Assembly (NCBI GenBank): GCA_964521145.1
Contig: CAZFPU010000004.1
Span: 1-25,618 of the forward strand
Direction: 5' to 3'
Origin: an uncultured Methanosarcinales archaeon
Lineage (GTDB): Archaea; Nanobdellota; Nanobdellia; Woesearchaeales; GW2011-AR4
Length of the DNA: 25,618 nucleotides
The position numbers were made by a program, and so were the translations under genes. The notes below the pieces were generated by a model. The model did no database searches. It saw only the letters and a program-made list of their open reading frames with translations, and was not told the DNA's origin. Below are positions 14,039 through 23,436 of the stretch, piece by piece (position 1 is the first letter of the stretch; each line of letters starts with the position of its first letter).

Positions 14039-14812
14039 ATGCAAAAAAGAGGGCAGCTTACCATAATTTTCATAGCCGGCATTCTGCTGCTTGCCATCGC
14101 TTTTTTTGCCTCGATGGCTCAGGAGAGCGCAAAGAAAGGAGAGATTGCAAGGGAGATCCAAAGCGATCCGCTCACTTCTATCAATAATTATATGCAGACC
14201 TGCTTGAGCCAGACAAGTGATGCGGCGGTGTATTTTGTCTCATTGCGAGGCGGCTATTTCAACGCGCCGATCGCAAGCACCCAGGTCCTTAACGCCAATA
14301 TCGCGCACTATTGGGATGTGAATAGAGCGATTGTCCCAACGCCTGAGCGCATCTCAGAAGAGCTGGGGAGATATATTGAGTCGCATATCGGGGAGTGCAT
14401 AAATGATTTCTTAGTCTTTAGAGAGCAGGGATTTTCAATCATAGACGCGCAGCCAAAGGTGATCGTAGCCCTCTCCGCACAAAACATGGTATTTAGTCTA
14501 ATCTATCCTGCAAAGATAAAGAAAGGAGATAGCGAATTTTTGCTCAATGAATTCTCAAGCACGGTCTCCTTGCCCTTGGGCAATGCGTATACCTATGCGA
14601 ACATGATCCTAGCAGAGCAATCAAAAACACCTGATCTTATGCCGATCGGATACATCGCTGCCTTGGCAAAAGAGAAAGGATTTACCTTCGAGATGATCAA
14701 TTATGAAGAGGATAAAGTCATAGTAAGCCTGATCTTTGATGTTTCCCCTAAGGACGAATATCTGTATACGTTTGTCAATAAGTATGATTGGAAAAACAAG
14801 GCTGAAAGCTAA
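14039..14812 (+). CDS. Pilin-like protein with class III signal peptide
   Basis: MQKRGQ-LTIIFIAGILLLAIAFF (basic-G-Q cleavage motif plus hydrophobic helix); GGAGG RBS; paralogous to 16758-17597. Confidence 0.8.
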   Translation: MQKRGQLTIIFIAGILLLAIAFFASMAQESAKKGEIAREIQSDPLTSINNYMQTCLSQTSDAAVYFVSLRGGYFNAPIASTQVLNANIAHYWDVNRAIVPTPERISEELGRYIESHIGECINDFLVFREQGFSIIDAQPKVIVALSAQNMVFSLIYPAKIKKGDSEFLLNEFSSTVSLPLGNAYTYANMILAEQSKTPDLMPIGYIAALAKEKGFTFEMINYEEDKVIVSLIFDVSPKDEYLYTFVNKYDWKNKAES

Positions 14813-14902
14813 ACCAAAGCAAGAGCCGCCTGAATTCTGTTATGCTTGCATGATTTGCTTGTTTTCCAAAAAACTTATATTGAAAGTACCTATTCAAATG
14901 CC

Positions 14903-15436
14903 ATGATCCTAACCATCTCAGGAAAAGCAGGCTCTGGAAAAAGCACCATTGCCAAGGATCTTGCGAAGAAACTCAAGATAAGGCATTATTCCATTGGAGA
15001 TCTGATGCGCCAGCTTGCGCAGGAAAAAAAAGTCTCGCTTTTAGAACTTAGCAAGCTTGCCGAGGAAGATGAGAGCATCGATAGGGAGCTTGACCAAAAG
15101 CAGATCGAATTAAGAAAGCAGGATAATTTCGTGATCGATGGGAGATTAACGGCATTTTTCATTCCAAACGCGACCCTAAAAGTTTTTCTTGACTGCGACA
15201 ATATTATCAGGGCCAAAAGGATCATAAAAGAGAAGAGGCATGATGAGCAGCATGAGACCGTGCAGCAGGCACTGAAACGAATCAAGATGCGAGAGGATTC
15301 TGAGAGGAAGAGGTATAAGCAGTATTACGATGTTGATTATTATGATCCTAGATTGTATGATATGGTCATCGATACTTCTAATCTGAGGGTTGATCAGGTG
15401 CTTGGGAAGATAATGGATAGAATCAAGAAAGGTTAA
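14903..15436 (+). CDS. cmk: Archaeal cytidylate kinase
   Basis: P-loop ISGKAGSGKST, SIGDLMRQLA, IDRELDQKQ, FVIDGRLT and YDMVIDTS. Start at the ATG at 14903 (MILTISG). Confidence 0.9.
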   Translation: MILTISGKAGSGKSTIAKDLAKKLKIRHYSIGDLMRQLAQEKKVSLLELSKLAEEDESIDRELDQKQIELRKQDNFVIDGRLTAFFIPNATLKVFLDCDNIIRAKRIIKEKRHDEQHETVQQALKRIKMREDSERKRYKQYYDVDYYDPRLYDMVIDTSNLRVDQVLGKIMDRIKKG

Positions 15437-16761
15437 TTTTTCACTCTAAAACGCGCTTTGTCGAATGCCTTATCTAAATCGGGTGTCAATTCTTTCAATG
15501 ATGGTGCTTGTATCGGTTTACTATCCGCGATTAGATTATTATCATCAGTAATCAATATATATGTGGGGGGGAGACCAAATCTATTTAGTGTGGCTGTCAT
15601 TAAATAAGACCCCTTGCCATCTACAGATTTAGCAGATCCTTTCCATTGACCATCCATGAAAGCGATATGTACATTGCCATTGTATAGATTCGCGTAGCTT
15701 AAATCGGTCCAAGGATGGATATCCAGGTTTGGCGCGGTTCTGCCCGAAGGATGCGTCACCATACTTAAGCTAAAATCAACTTCTGCAGGAGCAAATACCA
15801 CGTCTCTTCCGCTCACTTCTGGCAGGAAAGGATTTCCTGAAAGAAGCGAAATTGGAGTCATAGTGTCAACCCGTCCGGCAAGAGTTGGCTTTCCATCCAA
15901 ATGTCCGAATGAGATGTATCTTGCCATATCCGAGGTTTCACCTTTAAGATACAAAGCAAATTGATCGTTTGATTGCCCAAAATTGACTCCGTTCAGCGTT
16001 TTCATTTCATAAGGCAAGAAAAACAATTGAGAAGACAGCACTTTTCCATCTTCGTTTATAGGCTGATCTTGCAGAATTGTGCCATCGATTACACCACTAT
16101 CGATTCCATTTTTAGCGTCAATAATCTGATATAAGCCTTCAATTTTTCCATGGAAGGTGGGGTCAATGCCAGAAACCTTTACAGGCGTGTTTTCACTAGT
16201 TCCCGCAGGTGGTGAACTGCCTTTCAGAGCTAAGCGTGGATATCCATCTTTATGTAATGGATTATAAGTAAAGTCATTTCCTCCTTCTACTTTAACGCCA
16301 GCGACATGGGCTTGTACTCCTAAGAATGCCCCCGAAATTTTGCCATCGGCTCCAACTTTAAGATCCGCTAGGTCTTTTACGTGGATCGTATCCCCTGGTA
16401 TGCGAGGAGAACCAATTTTGCCATCTCCCAAAACGCTTACTGATCCAAATCCTATTTCGGAATTACGTGCTTTTACAAGCAAATTGTCATGTTTATAGGA
16501 ACCATCTGCAAGAATTTCGATCGTTGAAGTAGTATGCACTTGGAGTTTGCTTCCATCAGCAAGTTGATAGGGGTTGTTGCGTGGATTTAGCTTCACATAA
16601 ACTGGTTTATCACCGGAAGCAGGAGTTAGCTTTCCATCATAATCCTTGGGAACTTCCTTAGGTACCCCATTAGGACTCTCAAACGTAAGTTCGCTTGCAT
16701 GAATCATCATTCCTGCCAAAATAAAAATGCAGCCCAATGCGATCAAAAAAGAAAATCTCAT
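15433..16761 (-). CDS. Secreted/surface beta-rich hypothetical protein
   Basis: Sec-type signal (MRFSFLIALGCIFILAGMMIHA) and a Gly/Val/Asp-rich mature region. 4-nt ATGA overlap with the upstream pilin-like gene. Confidence 0.8.
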   Translation of the reverse strand: MRFSFLIALGCIFILAGMMIHASELTFESPNGVPKEVPKDYDGKLTPASGDKPVYVKLNPRNNPYQLADGSKLQVHTTSTIEILADGSYKHDNLLVKARNSEIGFGSVSVLGDGKIGSPRIPGDTIHVKDLADLKVGADGKISGAFLGVQAHVAGVKVEGGNDFTYNPLHKDGYPRLALKGSSPPAGTSENTPVKVSGIDPTFHGKIEGLYQIIDAKNGIDSGVIDGTILQDQPINEDGKVLSSQLFFLPYEMKTLNGVNFGQSNDQFALYLKGETSDMARYISFGHLDGKPTLAGRVDTMTPISLLSGNPFLPEVSGRDVVFAPAEVDFSLSMVTHPSGRTAPNLDIHPWTDLSYANLYNGNVHIAFMDGQWKGSAKSVDGKGSYLMTATLNRFGLPPTYILITDDNNLIADSKPIQAPSLKELTPDLDKAFDKARFRVKN

Positions 16762-17597
16762 GCATTCACCTTATCTAACTTAAGTTCAAGGCATCTGGCC
16801 ACTAAACTTGCCTTCTCATTCTCATCTAAATATGATGGAATTGAATCGCATGACATCTCATCGAATTTGCTCGCGAATGAAAATTCATAGGGAGCATCTG
16901 TTATCTGAGAGTTCGGGTCAATTATGGTTATCAGCAGGCTATCGGTACCGGTTCGCTGCGCCTGCACATAAAAGTCATGTCTTGTTGCCCGATCCACAAT
17001 ACATGATACGCATAACGATGCAGTTCCTATCTGATCCTGTGTGATCTCATGCGCCATTTGGTATATGAGATCCAACCGCATCTGCTCAATTTTTAATGAA
17101 AAATCAGAGATGGTCTGCACTGAATTGCCTGTTATCACAGAAAGGGGATAATGGATCTGGATATTCACCTGGTCATCGAGAATCTGCGTATTTGATTCAA
17201 GCGACTGAGCTTCAATTCGCATGCCCTGCTCAACGAAATCCTCAAACCCGCTCATGCATGTCTCTAAGTTTTCCACTAGATAGCTATCTATTTCATCCTC
17301 TATTGTATTTTGAGAGGGAGTAAGATCGATGTTTGCAAAATAGTAGTAAGGAGTGTTGTTGATAGAAGATTGCGGAAGATCATAATATCCCCCTTGCTTT
17401 CCAACAAAAACTAGGGCTTCCTTGCCCACACGCTCCATGCATTCCTCCACATATGATTGTACGGCCAGCGTTGATTGCTCCTGCCTCGGCAGGCTGGGCC
17501 GATCGTTTAATATGGAAGGAATTGCGAGCGCCAAAAGCAGCAGGATAACTCCGATGACAACAAAATATGTGACTTGAGCGCGCCTAGATACTGCCAT
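16758..17597 (-). CDS. Pilin-like protein with class III signal peptide
   Basis: MAVSRRAQ-VTYFVVIGVILLLLALAI. Start placed at 17597 because a TTTATATA box lies at 17621-17628. Shares YxxxC, GGY, P..I..E and QG motifs with 14039-14812. Confidence 0.82.
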   Translation of the reverse strand: MAVSRRAQVTYFVVIGVILLLLALAIPSILNDRPSLPRQEQSTLAVQSYVEECMERVGKEALVFVGKQGGYYDLPQSSINNTPYYYFANIDLTPSQNTIEDEIDSYLVENLETCMSGFEDFVEQGMRIEAQSLESNTQILDDQVNIQIHYPLSVITGNSVQTISDFSLKIEQMRLDLIYQMAHEITQDQIGTASLCVSCIVDRATRHDFYVQAQRTGTDSLLITIIDPNSQITDAPYEFSFASKFDEMSCDSIPSYLDENEKASLVARCLELKLDKVNA

Positions 17598-17690
17598 CCT
17601 CCTCATTTTCGAGAAAGCCATATATAAATATTTGGGAAATGATAAAAAAGTAATCAATACACATGCAGCAAAATACATCAATTGTTTTCA

Positions 17691-17704
17691 GAAACCTTTA
17701 TAAA
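17691..17704 (+). promoter_or_regulatory. BRE/TATA promoter for the FKBP gene
   Basis: GAAACC-TTTATAAA about 40 nt upstream of the ATG at 17743. Confidence 0.55.
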
Positions 17705-17742
17705 AATCCAAACTGCCCATTCCTCATTCTCAGGTGATACTT

Positions 17743-18390
17743 ATGACCATAACAAAAGGAGATTTCATAGAGATAGAGTATACTGGAAAAATAAAAGATG
17801 GCAATACAGTATTTGATACGACAAACCCAGAGATAGCAAAGCAAAACGAGCTGCATTCCCATGCCGGCTTTGGGCCCGTTGTTATCTGCATTGGCCAAAA
17901 TCAGGTTCTACAAGGAATCGATAAGCATCTTGAAGGCAAGGAAGTGGGCAAGGAATATAGTATGGTAATTGAGCCTGAGCTTGCGTTTGGCAAAAAAAGC
18001 ATGCAGCTCATCCAGATGATCCCCTCCAATAAGTTCAAGGCACAGCATGTCGAGCCAATGCCCGGTTTGCAGGTAAATATCGATGGCGTCACAGGACTCA
18101 TAAAGACAGTCAGTGGTGGCAGGGTCATGGTCGATTTCAATCATCCACTTTCAGGAAAAGATCTGTATTACACGGTCAAAGTCAACAAGAAAGTCACAAG
18201 CGATCAGGAAAAGCTTACGGGCCTTTTAAAAAACATGCTCGCAATCAAGGAGATCGATGCAACAGTGCATGAAGGGAAGGCAACAGTTACCTTAAAGCAA
18301 GCCCTACCCAAAGAAGCGCAGGATCACATAAGCAAAAAAATCACGTCTCTGGTGAGTAGCATCAAAGCAGTGGAATTTTCTACTGGCTAG
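17743..18390 (+). CDS. slyD: FKBP-type peptidyl-prolyl cis-trans isomerase (archaeal long-type SlyD)
   Basis: GDFIEIEYTGK...VFDTT, EPELAFG, the IF domain, and VDFNHPLSGKDLYY, plus an extra C-terminal domain. AGGTGA RBS 5 nt before the ATG at 17743. Confidence 0.92.
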   Translation: MTITKGDFIEIEYTGKIKDGNTVFDTTNPEIAKQNELHSHAGFGPVVICIGQNQVLQGIDKHLEGKEVGKEYSMVIEPELAFGKKSMQLIQMIPSNKFKAQHVEPMPGLQVNIDGVTGLIKTVSGGRVMVDFNHPLSGKDLYYTVKVNKKVTSDQEKLTGLLKNMLAIKEIDATVHEGKATVTLKQALPKEAQDHISKKITSLVSSIKAVEFSTG

Positions 18391-18430
18391 GAAAAAAAAT
18401 ACATAAATTTAAATAAATGGATGGGATAAA

Positions 18431-19570
18431 ATGACCTTAGGGAGGATGGAGCCGGCAATGCAGGTAATGCACATGGATTATACACATCCCAAAGGGACAC
18501 AGTCAAGACAGCAGAGCAAGACAGCCGATATAGATGCGGAACTTGAGAAGCTCGTTGCGACCCAGAAGGCCACGATCAAAGTAGTTGGCTGCGGTGGTGG
18601 CGGAAACAATACTATCCAAAGGATTTCTGAAGTAGGTATCATTGGAGCAGAAACCGTTGCCATAAATACCGATGCCCAAGATCTTCTATATACCAATTCT
18701 GATCATAAGATACTCATTGGAAAAGAGCTGACAAAAGGCCATGGCGCTGGTTCAGACCCAAGAGTTGGCGAAGAAGCGGCAAGAGAGCAGGAACAGGAGC
18801 TTAGAAAAGCGCTTGATCATGCAGATATGGTTTTTATAACCTGTGGACTTGGTGGCGGAACCGGAACAGGCAGCGCTCCAGTAGTTGCTGAAGCCGCCAA
18901 AAAAAATGGCGCCCTAACTGTCGCTATTGTCACATTGCCCTTTGCCATGGAAGGCCATAGAAGATATGAAAATGCGGTCATTGGTCTTGAAAAATTAGAG
19001 CAGATCGTTGACACACTCATCGTTATTCCCAATGAAAAATTGCTAGAGCTTGCCCCTGATCTTCCATTGCATACCGCGTTCAAGGTAGCAGATGAGATCC
19101 TGACCAATTCAGTAAAAGGCATTGCAGAATTAGTTACGAAAGCAGGTCTTGTCAATCTTGATTTTGCCGATATCCGGGCAGTCATGCGCGGTGGCGGTGT
19201 TGCTTTAATTGGCGTTGGCGAGTCTGATTCTGAAAATCGGGCAGTCGAAGCTGTTGAGAAAGCAATAAACAATCCGCTGCTTGATGTAGATATCTCAGGG
19301 GCCAATGGCGCTCTTATTAACGTGGTTGGCGGCAATGACCTAACCCTTGATGAAGCAAGGCAGGTTGTTGAAACCATATCAAAAAAACTAGATCCTGAAG
19401 CCAGAATAATCTGGGGAGCCCAATTAAGTGAGGACATGGGAGCGACTTTGCGAGTAATGCTCATAGTAACCGGCGTAAAAAGCGCGCAGATATTGGGAGC
19501 GGGCATAAAACCAAGAAACAAGGAAGCGCAGGAAATGAAATCACAATTAGGAATAGATTTTCTTGACTAA
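18431..19570 (+). CDS. ftsZ: Cell division protein FtsZ (FtsZ1-type by neighbourhood)
   Basis: IKVVGCGGGGNN, AINTDAQ, the tubulin signature GLGGGTGTG, and GLVNLDFADIR. The exact start is uncertain (several Met codons in the first 15 codons). Confidence 0.97.
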   Translation: MTLGRMEPAMQVMHMDYTHPKGTQSRQQSKTADIDAELEKLVATQKATIKVVGCGGGGNNTIQRISEVGIIGAETVAINTDAQDLLYTNSDHKILIGKELTKGHGAGSDPRVGEEAAREQEQELRKALDHADMVFITCGLGGGTGTGSAPVVAEAAKKNGALTVAIVTLPFAMEGHRRYENAVIGLEKLEQIVDTLIVIPNEKLLELAPDLPLHTAFKVADEILTNSVKGIAELVTKAGLVNLDFADIRAVMRGGGVALIGVGESDSENRAVEAVEKAINNPLLDVDISGANGALINVVGGNDLTLDEARQVVETISKKLDPEARIIWGAQLSEDMGATLRVMLIVTGVKSAQILGAGIKPRNKEAQEMKSQLGIDFLD

Positions 19571-19585
19571 AAAAAGAGGGAGATT

Positions 19586-19765
19586 ATGTGGACACGATTT
19601 AAGGGATTTTTAGGAGAATGTGTTAGAGTTTTGAAGGTGACGAAGAAACCGACGAAAGTAGAGTTCATGACCATTGTGAAAGTTGCAGGTCTTGGTATCC
19701 TGATCATTGGATTGCTTGGGTTTAGCATCACGATGCTTAAGGAAGTCATTATGCATTACAGGTAA
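19586..19765 (+). CDS. secE: Protein translocase subunit SecE/Sec61-gamma, 59 aa (not in ORF track)
   Basis: Translated by hand: MWTRFKGFLGECVRVLKVTKKPTKVEFMTIVKVAGLGILIIGLLGFSITMLKEVIMHYR. RVLKVTKKP and a single TM; GAGGGAG RBS; directly after ftsZ. Confidence 0.95.
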   Translation: MWTRFKGFLGECVRVLKVTKKPTKVEFMTIVKVAGLGILIIGLLGFSITMLKEVIMHYR

Positions 19766-19788
19766 AAGTCTAGTGAAGGTGAAATAAG

Positions 19789-20322
19789 ATGGTTGGGTTT
19801 AGAAGAAAGAAAAAAGATGCGCCAGAGATTGTTGAAAGAGACTGGGAGTTTTCCAATGACCAGATGCAGACATTTGAAGATTTGCACAACGCAGTCGTGG
19901 CGCAGTTGGCTGAAGATAGAAAAGAATTTCTTGAGGATCAGCAGCTAGAGAAGCTGATGCAAACAGCCAAAAACGAGTTTCATGAATTAAGCGAAGGCCT
20001 TGCGCAAGTCCAAAAATTTCTTGTGAAGGAAAGAGAAATCAACAGCGGAACCAATTTGTCGCGCATCCAAAGAGCTCCTGAGCTAGAGAACTTAAGGAAA
20101 CAGATCAAGCTTACCGAAGAGAGGGCAAGGGAGTTGACTCTTAACCTAAGGAGCAAGGTAGAGTACATCGAAAAAATGGCTGCGCAGATTGCGGATCAGA
20201 AAATGAAGGATAAAAAAGTTGAACAGTATCTTACTGACACAGTCGATAGGATACGAACAAAGCTTGGGGAAGTTGAACGAGATATCCTCAACACTCAACC
20301 GGAAGAAAAGATAGTATCATGA
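19789..20322 (+). CDS. Coiled-coil hypothetical protein
   Basis: 177 aa, E/K/Q-rich heptads, GGTGA RBS, 23 nt after secE. Confidence 0.8.
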   Translation: MVGFRRKKKDAPEIVERDWEFSNDQMQTFEDLHNAVVAQLAEDRKEFLEDQQLEKLMQTAKNEFHELSEGLAQVQKFLVKEREINSGTNLSRIQRAPELENLRKQIKLTEERARELTLNLRSKVEYIEKMAAQIADQKMKDKKVEQYLTDTVDRIRTKLGEVERDILNTQPEEKIVS

Positions 20323-20495
20323 TTTTGCTTAAGTCTATTTTGACCTGTATCAGAGCTGATTCTTTACGCACCTGATTTTGATTTAGTCTCAAATCGAATT
20401 GCGCACAACATGGGTAGCACTGCAAACTCAAAAAAAACAAACCCTAAGGATAGGATGCAGAAATACTTAAATAATTACCATGAATTCACCCAGTC

Positions 20496-20831
20496 ATGAC
20501 AATAGAATCAAGAATCGTAGAGACCAATAAGGGTGAATTTCCACCAGCGGATGTGTTGATACAGATCAATGGAAGCAGCTTCTATACCAACTCCTATGGG
20601 CAGGGATTCAAGCAAATGGGTGATGGCTACATGCAACTCTACGACAAAAATGAGATGTTGCAACTTGCCAAAAAGGGGAAGGCTTTGAGCGATCACAGCT
20701 ATAATCTTGCAGTTTTAGTGGTAACTGGCTATCTTCGCAGAAGGGGCGATCTTCCACCCACAGAAAGCAAGACATCAACTGATATTCCCATCACGCAAGG
20801 AAGCCGCAGTGTTTTTGCGAGCAGAAGATAA
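20496..20831 (+). CDS. Hypothetical protein
   Basis: 111 aa ORF with TATA-like GAAATACTTAAATA near 20460; no recognisable motif. Confidence 0.65.
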   Translation: MTIESRIVETNKGEFPPADVLIQINGSSFYTNSYGQGFKQMGDGYMQLYDKNEMLQLAKKGKALSDHSYNLAVLVVTGYLRRRGDLPPTESKTSTDIPITQGSRSVFASRR

Positions 20832-20942
20832 GATCTTGCATTTATTTCTGAATTTATTATTGTTTAATATTTCGCCGCCAAGAATAGGATTCATAGCCAA
20901 ATCGATAACTCAATCCTAAAAATCAAAGAAGAGCTAGAAAAA

Positions 20943-21605
20943 CTAACCGCTTGTTTTCCATCTGGAATCTATCGAATGCAAGATTGCAAGGGTTGCGAAC
21001 ACAAGAACACCCGACCATAGCACATCGGTGAAGAAATGCATCCCTCCGATCATCCTTCCTAATCCTAATAAAGTTCCGGCGAGAAGCCCGATGGTAAGGA
21101 ATCCATACGCAATTGCCTTATTTTTTCTTCGAAAGGTAAAGAAAGGGCTTGTGAGCAGAAATCCTATTGCTGCGCTCGATGAAGGGAATGATTTTGATTG
21201 CACATCTCCTACCATGCCGAACGCAAATACGTTCCTATAATCATCTTGGCCACCCAGTTCTTTTATTTCTTTTGGGCGCGGACGATCCGTGTATTTTTTC
21301 AAACCAGCTTCAACAACTCCATTCACGGTTATGAGCAGTGCGAGAAAAATCACGATGATGCTTTTGGTCATTTGAGGATATTTTTTTCTTATGCGGGTAA
21401 AGATAAGTGGAATAATTGCTATGAATCCTGCAACGTAGAGCACACCTGCGATGTCATCTGCTAGGGTGCTTACTGGGGCATTCGCTATGTAGAGTGCTTT
21501 TGCTATCGCCATATCGAGATTAAGGAGGATTGAGACGATGGTTAAGGTGATGCCGATACTTAGGATTATGAGAAGGTCTTTTTTTAGTTGTTTTGGGAGG
21601 GGCAT
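20943..21605 (-). CDS. PAP2-superfamily membrane phosphatase-like protein with atypical C2 motif
   Basis: C1 KKYTDRPRP, C2 SFPSSS (canonical PSGH), C3 GRMIGGMHFFTDV; several TM helices. Confidence 0.85.
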   Translation of the reverse strand: MPLPKQLKKDLLIILSIGITLTIVSILLNLDMAIAKALYIANAPVSTLADDIAGVLYVAGFIAIIPLIFTRIRKKYPQMTKSIIVIFLALLITVNGVVEAGLKKYTDRPRPKEIKELGGQDDYRNVFAFGMVGDVQSKSFPSSSAAIGFLLTSPFFTFRRKNKAIAYGFLTIGLLAGTLLGLGRMIGGMHFFTDVLWSGVLVFATLAILHSIDSRWKTSG

Positions 21606-21699
21606 TTTCGGGATATTGGTATTTTAGCTTTTATTTGTTTCGTTTATATAGCCTATATAGCAAAAACTCTTAAAAGCACTTTTAGATTCCATCTCCTCA

Positions 21700-23340
21700 A
21701 TGATCCCTCAAGACACCTCACTTGAGTATTTGGTAACTCTGGAAAGCATCGGTCTATTTCTGAATCCATTTGACATTACCACCGCATATTTCTCGACACT
21801 TAGCAATAAGGAGATAAGTGGAGTGCTCGATAGGGCGACAAGAAGAAAGCCGCTTACCAAATTCAGAAAGATGTTATCCTCGAATGCTTTGAGGGATCAA
21901 ATACGGAAAAAAGTCCCTAAAGCCTATCACCAGAACCTAGACAAAATGAGCACTTTGAAATTCCACGACGCGAGCAATCCTGCAGAAACGCTGCTTTTAG
22001 TGACTTTCTTTGATGCACTAATTTCTCGAAGCTTTATCAACCCCTATTCAGAGCTCAAAATCGAGGAAGGAAAGAGCGAATTGATTGCGAACAACAAGCG
22101 CCGCATTCACACGAAGCGGCAAGGACAGATAGGAGAGATACTTTACGAGGCGCTGCATCCATTCCATCGAAAGACCTATGCACTCTTTGAGCCTTATCAT
22201 TCTCTTTCATTTCCCCAGTTTGAAAACCTATTCGAAGAGGGGCTTGCTTCCAAAATAAAAGATGAAGGCAAGGGAGCTGCATTTGGGCTTTATTTGCTTG
22301 CCCATTCTGATTTGCGAATCAATCTCCTTTCCTTGTATTTCACGCAAAGAAATCCGAGTAATGTTCTGGAATGGATGAAAACGACCGGAAGGGATTTGAC
22401 GCTACGATTCGACATAGCGTATCCAAAAGGAGACAATATTCCCGAGGAATCCACAAGAAATTACCTTAAGGGGATCATCGACAAAGGAAATCGAATATTG
22501 CAGCTCGATCCCACGCTTTCTGCCGACTCCTCGTATCAGCCATCCGAATATTCCAATATTGGCCAGCTCATCGAGCGCTTGACCACAGTGATTTTTAGTT
22601 CTGAGCGGCGCATGCAAGCCAAGGAAAAAGCGTATGTAGGGCAAGCGCAAGAACTGAAAACGGAGAATGCATCACTGCAGCGGAGATTGGAAGAGGAGCG
22701 AGAGAAAGTGCGTGCCCATGCAGGAGCGGCCATACAGATGACAAAGACTATCGACGATCTTGAAATGCGCGAGCCTATTTACAGTCCTAACGAGCGATAT
22801 GATCAATTGAAGCGCTCTTATGATGAGTTGGAATCAGGCAACCAAGAATTGACTGCAGAAAAATCAAGGCTTTCAGGAAAGGTGCAAAGGCTTGCGCATG
22901 ACCTGGAGGCTGCCAAATCAAGGAATAAAGAACGCCAAGAGTTAATCGAGGTAAAAAACACTGAGATAAAAAGACTGGAAGGAGAGTATGGCGTCCTGCA
23001 ACAAAAAATAGAATCACTTACGACAATTCCAACGCTGGAAAAGATCTATGGGAAAAAATCGATTTTGTTCGTGACTGGATTTTACGATCAGATACCAAAA
23101 TACAAAAAAGAGCTTGATAAAGTATTCGGCTATGTGGAAGTGGTCGCTCCCGATGAGGTGAAGCGCCAGAACCCCCAGAATTTCGATGTCATCATGATGG
23201 CAGGGGGACTGACAAGGCATCCGGATAGATTTTTGATGGAAAGCCAAGGGAATAAAGTCATTGTGTATCCAAATCAGCCAAATCAAGTATTGCAGTTCTT
23301 GTATGATAGGAATGCGCCGAAGCAGAAGAATGGGAAGTAG
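21700..23340 (+). CDS. Large coiled-coil protein with small C-terminal alpha/beta domain (DUF2325-like)
   Basis: Long heptad region (about residues 300-445), then SILFVTG...FDVIMMAGGLTRH...KVIVY. TATA-like AAAACTCTTAAAAG near 21662. Confidence 0.75.
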   Translation: MIPQDTSLEYLVTLESIGLFLNPFDITTAYFSTLSNKEISGVLDRATRRKPLTKFRKMLSSNALRDQIRKKVPKAYHQNLDKMSTLKFHDASNPAETLLLVTFFDALISRSFINPYSELKIEEGKSELIANNKRRIHTKRQGQIGEILYEALHPFHRKTYALFEPYHSLSFPQFENLFEEGLASKIKDEGKGAAFGLYLLAHSDLRINLLSLYFTQRNPSNVLEWMKTTGRDLTLRFDIAYPKGDNIPEESTRNYLKGIIDKGNRILQLDPTLSADSSYQPSEYSNIGQLIERLTTVIFSSERRMQAKEKAYVGQAQELKTENASLQRRLEEEREKVRAHAGAAIQMTKTIDDLEMREPIYSPNERYDQLKRSYDELESGNQELTAEKSRLSGKVQRLAHDLEAAKSRNKERQELIEVKNTEIKRLEGEYGVLQQKIESLTTIPTLEKIYGKKSILFVTGFYDQIPKYKKELDKVFGYVEVVAPDEVKRQNPQNFDVIMMAGGLTRHPDRFLMESQGNKVIVYPNQPNQVLQFLYDRNAPKQKNGK

Positions 23341-23373
23341 ACGTTAAGTTCAGGAATTAAAAATTAAAATCCC

Positions 23374-23385
23374 AAAGCTTATAAA
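23374..23385 (+). promoter_or_regulatory. BRE/TATA promoter for spt5
   Basis: AAAGC-TTATAAA about 50 nt upstream of the ATG at 23437. Confidence 0.45.
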
Positions 23386-23436
23386 CTGATACAATCTCCT
23401 ACACAGTAATTCTTATTTTTTAGTGAGTGTAAAAAA

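Noticed and set aside
18817-19521. 234-aa minus-strand ORF, and similar long antisense ORFs at 6626-7699 and 25184-25534
   Set aside because: Antisense shadows of ftsZ, the ATPase and rpl11.
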